Assembly (NCBI GenBank): GCA_020184695.1
Contig: JAANOX010000243.1
Coordinates: 682,001-746,000 of the forward strand
From: Histomonas meleagridis 2922-C6/04-290x
Taxonomy: Eukaryota > Protista > Parabasalia
Length of the DNA: 64,000 nt
Reading direction: 5' to 3'
A program made the translations under genes and the position numbers. Under the pieces are notes generated by a model that saw only the letters and a list, made by a program, of their open reading frames with translations, ran no database searches and was not told the origin of the DNA. Below are positions 31,603 through 43,178 of this stretch, in pieces (the first letter of the stretch is position 1; each line of letters begins with the position of its first letter).

Positions 31603-32286
31603 ATGCAAAGTTGTGCTGTGAAGACAATGCAAGAAGCAGACCGCCGTGCAATTCATGAACTTGGAATTCCAGGCTCTGTTCTTATGTATAATGCCGGTAA
31701 AACTGTTGCAGACTTCATTTTCCAAAAGTATCCAACCATTAAAAATGTCGGAATATTGGCAGGGAAAGGAAATAATGCTGGTGATGGGTTTGTGATTGCT
31801 CATATACTCTCACTTAAAGGAATTAATGTCAGAATAATTGCATTGGCTCAACCAGACGTTTATGTTGGTGATGCTTTAATATACCTTAACCTTTGTCTCA
31901 AAGAAAAGATTGACATTAGATTTCCAAAGGAAACCGATGAAATGGTTTTACTTACACAAAATCTTACTGATTGTGAATTACTTATCGACAGTCTCCTTGG
32001 TACAGGAACACGTGGACAAGTAAGAGAACCATTTGCTTCCGTTATAAAGGCTATACCAACCAGCATTCCAATGATTGCTGTTGATCTTCCATCTGGCATG
32101 AACGGTGATACTGGTGAAATTTGCGGTGTTTGTGTGCATGCCACTCATACCATCACTTTTGCAGCCGCCAAGAAAGGATTAATCGGGAAAGAAGAACTTA
32201 CAGGTGAATTAATTGTGACTGACATTGGAATGCCCCCAATTTGTTTAGATGATGAAAAATGGAATAAATTCATTAAAGGTCAATAA
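31603..32286 (+). CDS. NAXE: NAD(P)H-hydrate epimerase (YjeF_N domain, stand-alone)
   Basis: 'GKGNNAGDG', 'LIDSLLGTG', 'IAVDLPSG', 'TITF...K.GL', 'DIGMP'. Confidence 0.92.
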   Translation: MQSCAVKTMQEADRRAIHELGIPGSVLMYNAGKTVADFIFQKYPTIKNVGILAGKGNNAGDGFVIAHILSLKGINVRIIALAQPDVYVGDALIYLNLCLKEKIDIRFPKETDEMVLLTQNLTDCELLIDSLLGTGTRGQVREPFASVIKAIPTSIPMIAVDLPSGMNGDTGEICGVCVHATHTITFAAAKKGLIGKEELTGELIVTDIGMPPICLDDEKWNKFIKGQ

Positions 32287-32639
32287 AAATGATTTTTTTT
32301 AAAGTATATTGTATTTTCCAGTTGGCTGTTATTTCGAATTGCCCCAACTTAAGCAATTTTTCCTTCTTGATATACTAAAATTTGATGATCAAGTCTATTA
32401 AGATGTTTAAAGTATTTTTGCCATTTCATTAGTGAATAACAAGCTTATGTAAAATAAATTGCCCTTTTGATCGGTTTTGATTGAAATCGTTTCCAAAAAG
32501 TCGAATGTCACTTTAACCTATTTGCTTATTGATAAGTCCATAAACAAATGAAAAAGATTAGCCATATAATTCACATATTAGTAATTTTACTGAGTACAAC
32601 GCAATATGTAGCAGATGGTTATAAACAAAAAGGTATTCA

Positions 32640-33029
32640 CTAAACATCATCAAAAGTAAATTTGCTAGATAAAAAGTCCCACTTTGGTGAATCTTGGTGG
32701 AATGAAGATGAAAGATCAATTTCTTGATCAGTAAGATTAATTGAAGGACTTGGAGCTGTTGTTTGTTTGCAATTGGGTTGACTTTGAAATGCACTGTTTG
32801 TTGGGGGAATTGAGACATTCACGGTAGTTCCTGATAAGGATAATTTTTTGTTTCTGTTTGCTCTCTTCTTTGGAGATCTCTTTCCATTTTCAAGGGGCTT
32901 ACCATTTAGCATGATATCTGACCCTTTTGTGGATGTGTATGTGTGACCTTGTGTCGCAAACCTTAAAAATAATATTCTTCGTTTTTTGGGAGGCATCCAA
33001 GGTCTGTCTTTTAACAAGTGAACTGACAA
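32640..33029 (-). CDS. Small basic hypothetical protein
   Basis: 129-aa ORF; no domain recognised. Confidence 0.35.
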   Translation of the reverse strand: MSVHLLKDRPWMPPKKRRILFLRFATQGHTYTSTKGSDIMLNGKPLENGKRSPKKRANRNKKLSLSGTTVNVSIPPTNSAFQSQPNCKQTTAPSPSINLTDQEIDLSSSFHQDSPKWDFLSSKFTFDDV

Positions 33030-33651
33030 AACATATTAACGATAGCTCAAAATCAACCGATGCAATTAACATGAACAACAAAATAATATTTCAAAAAGTT
33101 GAATCATTATGAACTATCAAAATTGACTCAAAATCTATGCGGTTTTAACACAATACCAAATTTTTTCTCAAAAAGTTTCAAATTTCGGCAAATGACATGT
33201 CATCGATGTTCAAATTTTTTGTTTCACATTTTTTATTGAAGATCGAAAAAAGAATTCCTCTTCAGAGCAATCGCTTAACACATTTCTATAGTAATGTACC
33301 TCACGTCTATATTAATTAATGCTTCTCATTTTCTTCATGTGCATCAATGTTCATTAATAAAGTCACATAATTCCATTCATTAATGATAGTAATGAAAATA
33401 CAATAAGTTTTTAAAAATACTCATATTTTGGTGAGACCTTACTATGATATCGAAAAATCAATTTAAATATTAAGAAATAAATTTGAACTTAAACATTCAA
33501 CAAAAAATATCCAATCTTTGGATGTCTTTATACATCAAATTTTATGTAAAATAAATCAAATTAATGCTGGAAAATTACGTTGCAGTAGAAGCTATAAACG
33601 GTCTCCTCTGAATTTGGTGATTTTGGCCGTGGTCATATATAAAATCTTCAA

Positions 33652-35652
33652 ATGATCCATCATAGGAGCACGCTAAAGCAAAAGAATAAGCCACATAAGT
33701 CAGGGCATAAAAAACAAAGTGATTTTAAAATGGTAAAAAATCTAGTTCCTGGACCATTGATCAAACCAGAGAAAGGCCAAAAAGGTCGTCGTTTTCAAGC
33801 AAAAGATGCGCAGCGTCAAAACAAGATCAATGCTGCAAAATTATCTAAATTTGTTGGTTCTAAAAATGGGCCACCAAAAGTTGTAGGAATTCTTCCATGT
33901 AGTGAAAATGCAGATCCAATCCAATTATTAAATATTCTTAACTTCCAACCAGAAGCACCAGATCAAATGTTTCCATCTGGTATATTAGTAGGTGGACAAT
34001 TCCAATGTAAAATTGCACCATTACCAATTGCGCGCTCAATTGATTTTTTGATAGATGTTGGCAAGGTTTCAGACATAATTGTATTAATGTTTATGAAAGA
34101 TGAGCCACTTGATGAGTGGGGTTCAATGGCCATCAGTATCTTGAAATCAATTGGATTACCTCAAATAATAGTTACTGTTTGTTCCCCAACAGGCCAACCA
34201 ATTCCTCATGCAGATATTGTCAACTATCGTAACTATATTCAACAAGGTCTTCCAGATGTTGAACGAATTCTTCCAATTGTTACTGTGGACGATGTTGCCC
34301 AATTTGTGCGATTTCTTTCCGTCACAACACCAGTCGAAATTTCCTGGAAAATGAACAGGCCCAATATGCTCATTCAGAAGTTAACAATTTTAGATGATGG
34401 AAACATATCAATCGAAGGTTACCTAAGAGGAGCTCCTCTTGATGTCCATCAGATCGTAACAATACCATATGTTGGTGACTTTCAAATTAAAGAAGCAAAT
34501 GGCATTATTCCAAATGATCAGTTACGTCACCCAATGATTTATCAAGCTTCTGAAGGCGATCCAGTGATCACAGAAGAGATCCATCCCCCACAGACAGTTG
34601 GGTTTAATCAGAACATCGAAGTAATTCAAAACGATTTTGCAAATATGAATCTCGAAGGAAACGAATATATACAAAACGAAGTATATGACCTTGCAGAAGA
34701 TGAACGTGAAGCAATTCCGACAGAAGAAGGAGTCTTCATGCGAAATCCTGAAGATTATCAATTCCCAGATGAATTTGATTATGATGGAACAGTTATATTA
34801 AATCAACGATTAAGAAGATACAGAGGTCTTAAGTCGTTCCAAAACTCACCATGGGATCCATATGAATCACTTCCACCACAGTATGCACAAATATACGAAT
34901 TTTCGAACTTTAATCGGGCATCTGAAAATGCTGTTGCAGATCAACAGAAAGGAGATATACCAATTGGTTCATATGTTAACATCATATTGATTTCCAATGG
35001 AGATAATGAAATATTTGAACGAATTCCACCAGAAAGGATCATTGCTATGTATGGATTATTTAGAAATGAAACGCGACTTACTGTCATTAATGCGTCCATT
35101 AAAAACAATTCTGGTGTACCGATTCGATCGAAAGAAACATTATTAATAATATGTGGCTTTAGGAATTTATGGATTCGTCCATTGTTTAGTGAAGATACAC
35201 GAGCTGATAAACATTTGTTCATTCGAGTGCTTGGTAGCGGTGAATCAGCAGTCGCATCATTCATTGCGCCAGCTTACATGCAGGGGTGCCCCGTGACGTA
35301 TTTCAAAGAAATTGACGGAATGATGTGCTTTGTAGGAACGGGATCAATTAAGACTGTTGATACAAACAGAATGATAATTAAGAGAATAACATTAACTGGA
35401 AACCCTTATAGAACAATGGGAAGAACAGCTAGAGTCACTCTGATGTTCTTTAATAAGGATGACGTACTTTGGTTTAGAAATATCGACTTGGAAACAAAGA
35501 ATAAAAGAAGAGGACACATCGTGGAGCCAATTGGATTAAAGGGACATTTTAAGGCTGAATTCGAACAGATAACATCGCCAGATGATACCGTTTGTATGCA
35601 CTTATATAAGAGAGTGTTTCCAAAGATGAAAACTGACCCTGTTTCTTTCTAA
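33652..35652 (+). CDS. TSR1: Pre-rRNA processing protein TSR1 (AARP2CN + RIBIOP_C)
   Basis: N-terminus 'HHRSTLKQKNKPHKSGH'; 'RLRRYRGLKSFQNSPWDPYESLPPQYAQIYEF'; 'GHIVEPIGLKGHFKAEF...DTVCMHLYKRVFP'. Confidence 0.92.
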   Translation: MIHHRSTLKQKNKPHKSGHKKQSDFKMVKNLVPGPLIKPEKGQKGRRFQAKDAQRQNKINAAKLSKFVGSKNGPPKVVGILPCSENADPIQLLNILNFQPEAPDQMFPSGILVGGQFQCKIAPLPIARSIDFLIDVGKVSDIIVLMFMKDEPLDEWGSMAISILKSIGLPQIIVTVCSPTGQPIPHADIVNYRNYIQQGLPDVERILPIVTVDDVAQFVRFLSVTTPVEISWKMNRPNMLIQKLTILDDGNISIEGYLRGAPLDVHQIVTIPYVGDFQIKEANGIIPNDQLRHPMIYQASEGDPVITEEIHPPQTVGFNQNIEVIQNDFANMNLEGNEYIQNEVYDLAEDEREAIPTEEGVFMRNPEDYQFPDEFDYDGTVILNQRLRRYRGLKSFQNSPWDPYESLPPQYAQIYEFSNFNRASENAVADQQKGDIPIGSYVNIILISNGDNEIFERIPPERIIAMYGLFRNETRLTVINASIKNNSGVPIRSKETLLIICGFRNLWIRPLFSEDTRADKHLFIRVLGSGESAVASFIAPAYMQGCPVTYFKEIDGMMCFVGTGSIKTVDTNRMIIKRITLTGNPYRTMGRTARVTLMFFNKDDVLWFRNIDLETKNKRRGHIVEPIGLKGHFKAEFEQITSPDDTVCMHLYKRVFPKMKTDPVSF

Positions 35653-36217
35653 TAAATAAATCTAATAAAATGGTATATTATATAGGTTTTTTACGATAAT
35701 GTTTGTAATTAAATTGACCTCTGTTTTTGTTGAGTTAAAACTGCCAATGTTTATGAATAACGGGAACTATAATTTGTTTTGTGATATAATAACTAAAAAG
35801 AAATTTCTTGTTGTTGATTATTTGTATTAATGTAAAATTGCGTAATAATAAATATAAAAGTTGTGGAAACTTGAAAAATCAGAACGTCCAAATGATGATG
35901 TAAATGTGCTTGCTATTATATTGTTTGATAATTAGATGAATATGATGCAAAACCTCCATTTTTCAATATGATATATCAGGACTTTCAAGATGACTCATCA
36001 GAACTTTAGTTGGATGCTTTACCAAAACTTTCACTAATATATGAATTTAAATACTCAATGAAATCAAATATCCTATTGATTAATATCAAAATCCATTTCC
36101 TCTAAAATCAAATTATCTTCAGCATAATTGAAAGCAGACCATTATGAAAACAAAAAATAAAAATTGGATTAGTCATTTATAATGATGAAAATTCGACTTA
36201 AAACATTTAAATACTTT

Positions 36218-37015
36218 TTACTCAGCATTTACAGGTGCTTCAGGAAGTTCTTTAACAGGTGGGGCACTTTCTGTTTCAGCTTCTTTATTTGCAGACGCAT
36301 CCTTTTTGTCGTTGTACTTTTTGTACGCGTTCTGCAGCGTGCGCAAAGATTTAACAAATGTAAATTCGTGGACTGTGAAACATTGCGAGAAAATAAGTTG
36401 GCACGCATCCCTCCGCCATTGGTCCATCTTCTTCTTTGATGGGGTTGCTCCTAATTTTTCTGTTTCAAGTCGAACTTTTTCATCAATACATTGACCTATC
36501 GCATCAATCATTTCTGGTGCTAATGCTATTTTTTGATCTTTAGCTTTGGAATTGCCCGAGGCTATCTTGTCAAGAAGAGCTTCGATTGGTGCTAAGGTAA
36601 CAAGTTTGATCTTCTCAATAAATGGAGATAATCGTTCTGTTATATCATCATCACCGCCTTGTCCTGCCTTAGATTCATCTGGCCTCGATTTTGAGGGTGT
36701 TGGCTTATTGGATTGAGCTTGGTTAGTGGAAGGGTATGATAAAACAACACGAAATGCAGAAGGATCAAGTGTGTGAGCTTGAGAATTAAGATTAATAATC
36801 TCACTATCATCAATAAACCCATCACCTTCATCGTAGGCTGTGTCGATTTTCCCCATTTTTGATTGAACTTTTTGTAATACCAAAGATACTTTAGATGATT
36901 CTGCTTCATCTCCATCATAAATATATCCGGCGTCTGCAAGAATTGAACAAGCATCTACTATCTCGCCTGGTTTCGCGCTAAATTGTATGGAAATAAGATC
37001 CTTCTTCTCGCTCAT
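36218..37015 (-). CDS. Protein with an HPC2/ubinuclein (HUN/HRD)-like motif
   Basis: 'AYDEGDGFIDDSE' matches the YDxxDxFIDDSE histone H3.3-binding motif of HPC2/UBN1. Confidence 0.55.
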   Translation of the reverse strand: MSEKKDLISIQFSAKPGEIVDACSILADAGYIYDGDEAESSKVSLVLQKVQSKMGKIDTAYDEGDGFIDDSEIINLNSQAHTLDPSAFRVVLSYPSTNQAQSNKPTPSKSRPDESKAGQGGDDDITERLSPFIEKIKLVTLAPIEALLDKIASGNSKAKDQKIALAPEMIDAIGQCIDEKVRLETEKLGATPSKKKMDQWRRDACQLIFSQCFTVHEFTFVKSLRTLQNAYKKYNDKKDASANKEAETESAPPVKELPEAPVNAE

Positions 37016-37248
37016 TCAGAATTCAAACAAACTTTCACAATTCCATTTTAAACAACGAAAGCTTTCGTTAAAAGTCATGGTTATAGACATAATGATAGAT
37101 ATCGATATATTCATGGTTTAGAAATGGGCTCGACCATCGCCTCAAAAAGTTGCTATCATTATTTGTTATTAATAACAAAACAAAAATAATTTCGAGATTT
37201 TATTCAAAAATATTTTTTTACATTATATAATTGTAATAATAAAAGAAT

Positions 37249-37716
37249 TTAAATCAGACCTATAAATACAAGAGTAAGTACAAGAGAAGAATATGCGATG
37301 ATATACATCACAAAGAATGCAATGGATTTCTTATGATATTTTTTGCAGGTTTCTTCAGTAAATCTCAAACCCTGTGTTTGGTTTATTTCTTGACATTTCA
37401 CTGGTGTTGAATAAGCATAGCAAGAAACATCAGAATAAAAATTTATTAATGCTATCAGAAACAAAATGATTAAAGAAAGATAAGCGATATAATTATTGGC
37501 ATATATTTTGTTATTACCCGTTAATACAATCAACACTCCATAAAAAACAAAAACAATTGGTGTCGACCATGAAATGGTTGTCATAACATATAGAATATTG
37601 AAGTTGTGACTAAGACGATCTGAATATGTTGAATGGTCATGCCGAAGTTTGCTCCATTCCATTCCAGATAAAACAGCAAATCCAATACAACTAACAATTG
37701 AACAGATAAAATACAA
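37249..37716 (-). CDS. Small multi-pass membrane hypothetical protein
   Basis: About four hydrophobic segments with a Cys-containing loop. The start is uncertain. Confidence 0.5.
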   Translation of the reverse strand: MYFICSIVSCIGFAVLSGMEWSKLRHDHSTYSDRLSHNFNILYVMTTISWSTPIVFVFYGVLIVLTGNNKIYANNYIAYLSLIILFLIALINFYSDVSCYAYSTPVKCQEINQTQGLRFTEETCKKYHKKSIAFFVMYIIAYSSLVLTLVFIGLI

Positions 37717-38347
37717 GCTAAGAAATATATAGCATTATATTTCATGAAATATAAAATCCCTGAGATTCGTGGTAAGGTTGGGAAGGACATTCAAGGAAGT
37801 GATTTTTAGGGAAAATTTGCGTCAGGCATTTAAACGGTCAAAAATATCCGCAATTGTGTTGGATAAAAACCGTGAACTGAGCTTCAGGCATTTGAATTTG
37901 TTGTTTAAAATGCAAAATTCTAAAACAAAATGATTATAGTAGCTTCTCCTTAAGCTGACGAAATTTTCAGACTCCCAAAAAATTCGTAAAATAAACTTAG
38001 TCAAACTCCTCAGCAGATAAGTTCAGAAAATTGAGATAAAAGTACATGATTTGTTGTAAACTTGTGAAAATGCAACCGTTAAAATTTGAAAGCGTTCGTT
38101 TTGTTGGGTTTTGCTGAGTTTGTGCGTCCCTCTTTTTCTTATGCCTGTAAATGGGCTTGTCATACCAAATAATCTCAAATATTGATCCATTTCAATCCCA
38201 ATAACATGTTAACCGTTGGAAAATATTGGTTTAAATTATTTTATGTTGAAATGATATTTTTGTAATGTTAACAAATTTTGAATATGCTTTCAAATTTCAC
38301 TGAAAACCTCTGCCAGCGGAAAAAACAATCCTCTTTCACATCATCCA

Positions 38348-39094
38348 ATGGAAATCTCAACCAAAAGGAAGTGTTTGAACGTATTAGACATTCCAAATCT
38401 AATTGTTGCAGCTGTTTCTGTAGTTCTTTTTATTATTCTTTACTTATCTCTTAAAATGCAGCCTTTGTATGTTCCACCACATGATTCTCTTTCAATGTTT
38501 CCACACCCTGGAACAAACCGTGTACCAGAGTGGCTCCTTGGTATAATTATTACAATTGTTGCCATTGTTCTTGTGGTTGGATCCATAATTTTACACAAAT
38601 TTTTCCCACAACACTTTGCGGAATTCAGAATCTTTTCCCTTATTTGGGTCTTTGTTATCTGTTTTCTAAACACTCTTTCAGCTACCGAAATTCTCAAGAG
38701 ATATGCTGGCCGTCCTCGTCCTGATGTTTATGCTGTCTGTGGGAACAACACACAATACGAAGACTGCACAAATATTGACAAAAGTACACAAGATGATCAA
38801 TTCAAATCATGGCCATCTGGCCACTCTTCGACTTCAATGTCTGCTTTTTACTTTTTAGCATGTTTTGTTCAAGAGGTATGTAAGAGTGGTCGTGGGATAG
38901 CAGCCTTTGTAGGTTTTGTAATTCTTCTTATTCCATTGATTGTTGGTGCGACAAGAATTCGTGATTATAGACATCACACTGATGATGTCCTTGCTGGACT
39001 TTTCATTGGATATATCGTAACTGCATTTGTCTGGAGGAAAACCAAACGTGATGTTTTCCCTGATGAAGATGAAGAAGATCCTAATTCTCCTTAA
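38348..39094 (+). CDS. PAP2-family lipid phosphate phosphatase
   Basis: C1 'KRYAGRPRP', C2 'PSGH', C3 'TRIRDYRHHTDDV', with transmembrane segments. Confidence 0.93.
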   Translation: MEISTKRKCLNVLDIPNLIVAAVSVVLFIILYLSLKMQPLYVPPHDSLSMFPHPGTNRVPEWLLGIIITIVAIVLVVGSIILHKFFPQHFAEFRIFSLIWVFVICFLNTLSATEILKRYAGRPRPDVYAVCGNNTQYEDCTNIDKSTQDDQFKSWPSGHSSTSMSAFYFLACFVQEVCKSGRGIAAFVGFVILLIPLIVGATRIRDYRHHTDDVLAGLFIGYIVTAFVWRKTKRDVFPDEDEEDPNSP

Positions 39095-39366
39095 TTAAAC
39101 AATTTCTTTCTTTGTAATTAAAAAGTCAAATCAACATAATTTAACCTAGATTTAACAATTCTGAATAATCAAGCCAAAGTAAAAAACCATGAATTCATGT
39201 TTATTCTATTTGAAAAATTGGAGAATCTACCTAAAGATTTGCAAATTACAATAATAAAATATTATTATTTATACGAATCTTTTTGCTTGAAGAAGCTCAA
39301 AAATTTGCATTTGAACTTTACATGAAAAGTGATTTTATCGGTTATGTCACTTTTGGATGATAAAAA

Positions 39367-42087
39367 ATGGAAGCAGAAGATGAAATTCAATCTCAAATTC
39401 AACCACAATTTCCACCTGAATATCTTCCTGAAAATCGCAGGTGTATTGACTGGAGTTTTAGTGGTTTAATTGCATATGCAACAGGTCCATGCGTACATCT
39501 TTCTCATGCTCGAGATAAAAAACTTATTCATGTACATTCAATTGAAGTAGCTCCTTATACAGTTTCGTGTCTCCGCTTTCATCCAACATTACGAATAATT
39601 GCAGTTGGTGATATAGCTGGAAGACTTTTTTTATGGGAAATTGATAACCGTAGATTTATTGCATCTGCAAAACCATTGCTTACAAAAACCGACAGGTGTA
39701 CATGTCTTCAATGGAAAGATGATCTTCTTTTAGTATTATTAAATACAAAGAAATTAATTGCTGTTAAATTTACGAAAGGTAGTCGAACAGAAAATCTCAT
39801 TAATTTTTCCATTATTTGGAAAGTCAATTTGCCATGTGAATTCAAAGATTTTTCAATTGATCCATATTCTGGAAAACGAATTCTATTCCATGGGTATGAA
39901 AATGTTTTTTCAATTTATACATATAATTCAACATATGAAGCCCCCACTTCATTTCTTGAAGAAGTTGCTTTAAATCAACAATCACCAATTAAAGATGCGC
40001 AATGGTCACTTCATATACCAAACTATATCATTATTTTAATTGAGCGTGATTTATTATACTTTAATATTGAAAGTACATCATTAATTCAACTTATTGATAC
40101 AACATCCATACCATCGTCATTTCTTTTTCTTGTACAATTTCCAGCTGATCATACCCAATTTATTACGTTCCATAAGAACAGCACAATATCAGTTTATCAT
40201 ATGCAAAAGAACCATATTTATTTTATGACACGCGATTTTCAATGTAAGCTCTCAAAGGGCACCCCATTATCGGCGGTTTTAAGCCCGTTAAACGATAACC
40301 ACTTAACGGTCTTCTACAGTGACATTGGATTAGCTTTTTTTGATATTGAAACATTTTGTATCACATCAATAGATCCCACATTTCCATCAGATATTACTTC
40401 ATATGACAGTGATGGCACATGGTATGTTTTAGGTACTAAGAGTGGGTATATTATATTAGGTAATTTATTTGATACTAATGACACGAAACGATTTAAAGCC
40501 ACAACATTTCCAATAACATTTATCTCATATGATATCCCTAAACTACGAATATATTGGCAAACGACTAACGAATCAGGAATTGTAGACTTAAACACACGGA
40601 AAGTCACCAAGTTTAAATCACATGGGACTACAATTAAATGTTATGGCTCACATCATGGAGCACTTATAGTCGAACGCGATCAATATATTTTAGGTGTCTT
40701 TATTGATGGTAAAGAATATCCATTAATTCTCAAAGATAAAATCATTGATTTATCTATTGATGAACAAATATCGAATCAAAACAATGGAAAGTTTTATGTG
40801 TTACAACAAAATCATTCGATAATGTTCTTCGCATATGAAAAAGATAAAGGCATTATAGCACAAGGCGGAATTCGACCACGGCAAATTGATTCCGATGTAT
40901 TATGTTTCACATATCATCAAGATAACTTTGCAATTGGTTATTCAGATGGAACAATTAGTTATTATAACATTAAAACGCAAATTTCAAGACGAGAAAACTT
41001 TAATTTATTCGGACTTAAAACTATACACTTTAATGATGACGCAACTATACTTTTTGGCCTTTATGAAGGAAGAACTTTGTTCTCTATTAATGGAAAAGAG
41101 ATTAAATATTGTCCTTATACAGTGAAAAGTTTTAAAGTTGTTAATGATTCATTGTTATTAATTCAGGCAGGTGATAACATTGTTAAATTCATTCGGATTT
41201 CTGATTGGAGACAATTAAATTATATATCAAAATATTTGCCACCGCCGATGGAAGATGAAAACCTTTCGTATTTCATATCAAATAGGAAAGAATTCGATTA
41301 TTATTCAAATGTAACAAGAGATGTTTGGACATTTCTAAAAGAAAAAGATCCAAAAAACTTAAGATTACATTCCAAATATTGCATCAATTTAAATGGGGAA
41401 TTAGAGAAAGTTAATTTGAGATATTTGTCAACAATTAAAGCTAATGAAAACTTAAGCAAAATTAAAGATCTAAAATTTGCATCATTGATATTCCTAAATA
41501 AATTTGAAGAAGCATCCGAACTAATATTCGACCCTGACCCAACAAAAGAAAACTTCTTCTTTAATGCATTGTATTCAACACTTTTACTGATTATAAATGG
41601 TAATACCTTAAATGAAAAAGTTAAATTGCAATTAAAAACGACAGCAATATCATTGTTCTCACGTAAAATGTATTTGGAAGGTTCGTTCTTAATGAAAATA
41701 GCCGGACTTGATAAGGAAGCAGCGCTTTACTTGATGGAAGATGACATGATCGAATTGTCTTTACGGTTCATCAGAAACATGAACGATAACAACGATATGC
41801 TCATTATCGTTGGATGTAAACTTATGAAAAATGGGAAAACTGAATCAGCATTGCCAATGTTTGCTGGAGCGAAACAATTCCATGCAGTGTTGTTCGCTTT
41901 GTTTGAGATGGGTCTAATTCCTGATGCTTACTTTATTATGAAATTTGTGAAGAAAAATAATTTGTTGTTCAAAATGGAAGAAAAATATAGATCAATGATC
42001 CCGAAATTAATTGACTTAGAGGAGTTATGTAAAATGATAGAACAACAATTCCAATTTGTTTTAACGAGATTAGGAATTAAGGAATGA
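39367..42087 (+). CDS. WDR11-like WD40 repeat protein
   Basis: 'CIDWSFSGLIAYATGPCV' resembles the WDR11 N-terminus; WD repeats followed by a helical C-terminus. Confidence 0.6.
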   Translation: MEAEDEIQSQIQPQFPPEYLPENRRCIDWSFSGLIAYATGPCVHLSHARDKKLIHVHSIEVAPYTVSCLRFHPTLRIIAVGDIAGRLFLWEIDNRRFIASAKPLLTKTDRCTCLQWKDDLLLVLLNTKKLIAVKFTKGSRTENLINFSIIWKVNLPCEFKDFSIDPYSGKRILFHGYENVFSIYTYNSTYEAPTSFLEEVALNQQSPIKDAQWSLHIPNYIIILIERDLLYFNIESTSLIQLIDTTSIPSSFLFLVQFPADHTQFITFHKNSTISVYHMQKNHIYFMTRDFQCKLSKGTPLSAVLSPLNDNHLTVFYSDIGLAFFDIETFCITSIDPTFPSDITSYDSDGTWYVLGTKSGYIILGNLFDTNDTKRFKATTFPITFISYDIPKLRIYWQTTNESGIVDLNTRKVTKFKSHGTTIKCYGSHHGALIVERDQYILGVFIDGKEYPLILKDKIIDLSIDEQISNQNNGKFYVLQQNHSIMFFAYEKDKGIIAQGGIRPRQIDSDVLCFTYHQDNFAIGYSDGTISYYNIKTQISRRENFNLFGLKTIHFNDDATILFGLYEGRTLFSINGKEIKYCPYTVKSFKVVNDSLLLIQAGDNIVKFIRISDWRQLNYISKYLPPPMEDENLSYFISNRKEFDYYSNVTRDVWTFLKEKDPKNLRLHSKYCINLNGELEKVNLRYLSTIKANENLSKIKDLKFASLIFLNKFEEASELIFDPDPTKENFFFNALYSTLLLIINGNTLNEKVKLQLKTTAISLFSRKMYLEGSFLMKIAGLDKEAALYLMEDDMIELSLRFIRNMNDNNDMLIIVGCKLMKNGKTESALPMFAGAKQFHAVLFALFEMGLIPDAYFIMKFVKKNNLLFKMEEKYRSMIPKLIDLEELCKMIEQQFQFVLTRLGIKE

Positions 42088-43178
42088 TTTTGTATTAATA
42101 AATTAATTTTTGAAACGAAATAATTCGTTTTTTGAAAGCTGATTTTCTGCATTATGATTTAGTCGAATGAATAATTTCTGATAAAATGAAATTTATCACG
42201 ATAAATCACTTTTTGTAAAGCCGATTGAACAATTTTTAAATAACATGTCAGACTCGTTTTAACGGTCGCCAAGAAGGAAAAGTTGTTCTTGCTTATTTTT
42301 GAATGAAAATTCAAAAAGAAAATAATATCTTTCTTTAATTCTTGAAACTGTTCAATTTCTTTAATAATCTATAAAAAAATGAAATTAAATCATATTTTGC
42401 ATAAAGTTCTGACGCCACTTTTTTTTTTTTTTGATGAATAAAAAAGATATTTATCACTCATTCATATTTATTTAAAGAAGTGGACATCGTAATTCTTAAT
42501 AACTTATTAAATACTTTTTATCTTTGATACAAACATAGTTAAAGCTCTCCAAAAGAGGCAATTCCAAACATACAAATAATTTCATTTTTTAAATCATATT
42601 ATGTATTTTTCTCTATACTCTTTTAATTTTTTTAACCATTCCAAATAAATTAAATATTGTGATATCTTAAATCTAATGACTGATATAGGTAAGAATTTCT
42701 TTTAAGGCTGAATTATATATTTTTTTTTATATAAACGATGCAGTTAAACCTATATACTTTTATCTTTTTCATATGGATCCAATTTTTTTTTAATGATTAT
42801 TTTCAAAATATTTAAATATAATTTGATTTTTTGAGTATTATAGATTATATTTGTATTTAAGTTATAATATGTATGTTATATCCATATCATTTCTGTGTAA
42901 TTGATAAAATAATTAAACATTGAATTTTTGTATCATCATTGATACCTTATTACCTAATTCTCTATATATTTTTCTATACTTATATTTAAAAAATTTTTTT
43001 ACTAATCATTAATTAAAATTGTATTGAAAAAGTTTTTTATAACTTTAATAAATTCATCTAAAATTTTTTCGAATATTCGACCCTTTTACGTCTATCATTC
43101 ACCGAAAGCATATGAGGATCTTCCTTCTACGATATTTTTTTTACAACAAATTATTTATAAAAATTTTCTTTTCTTATA

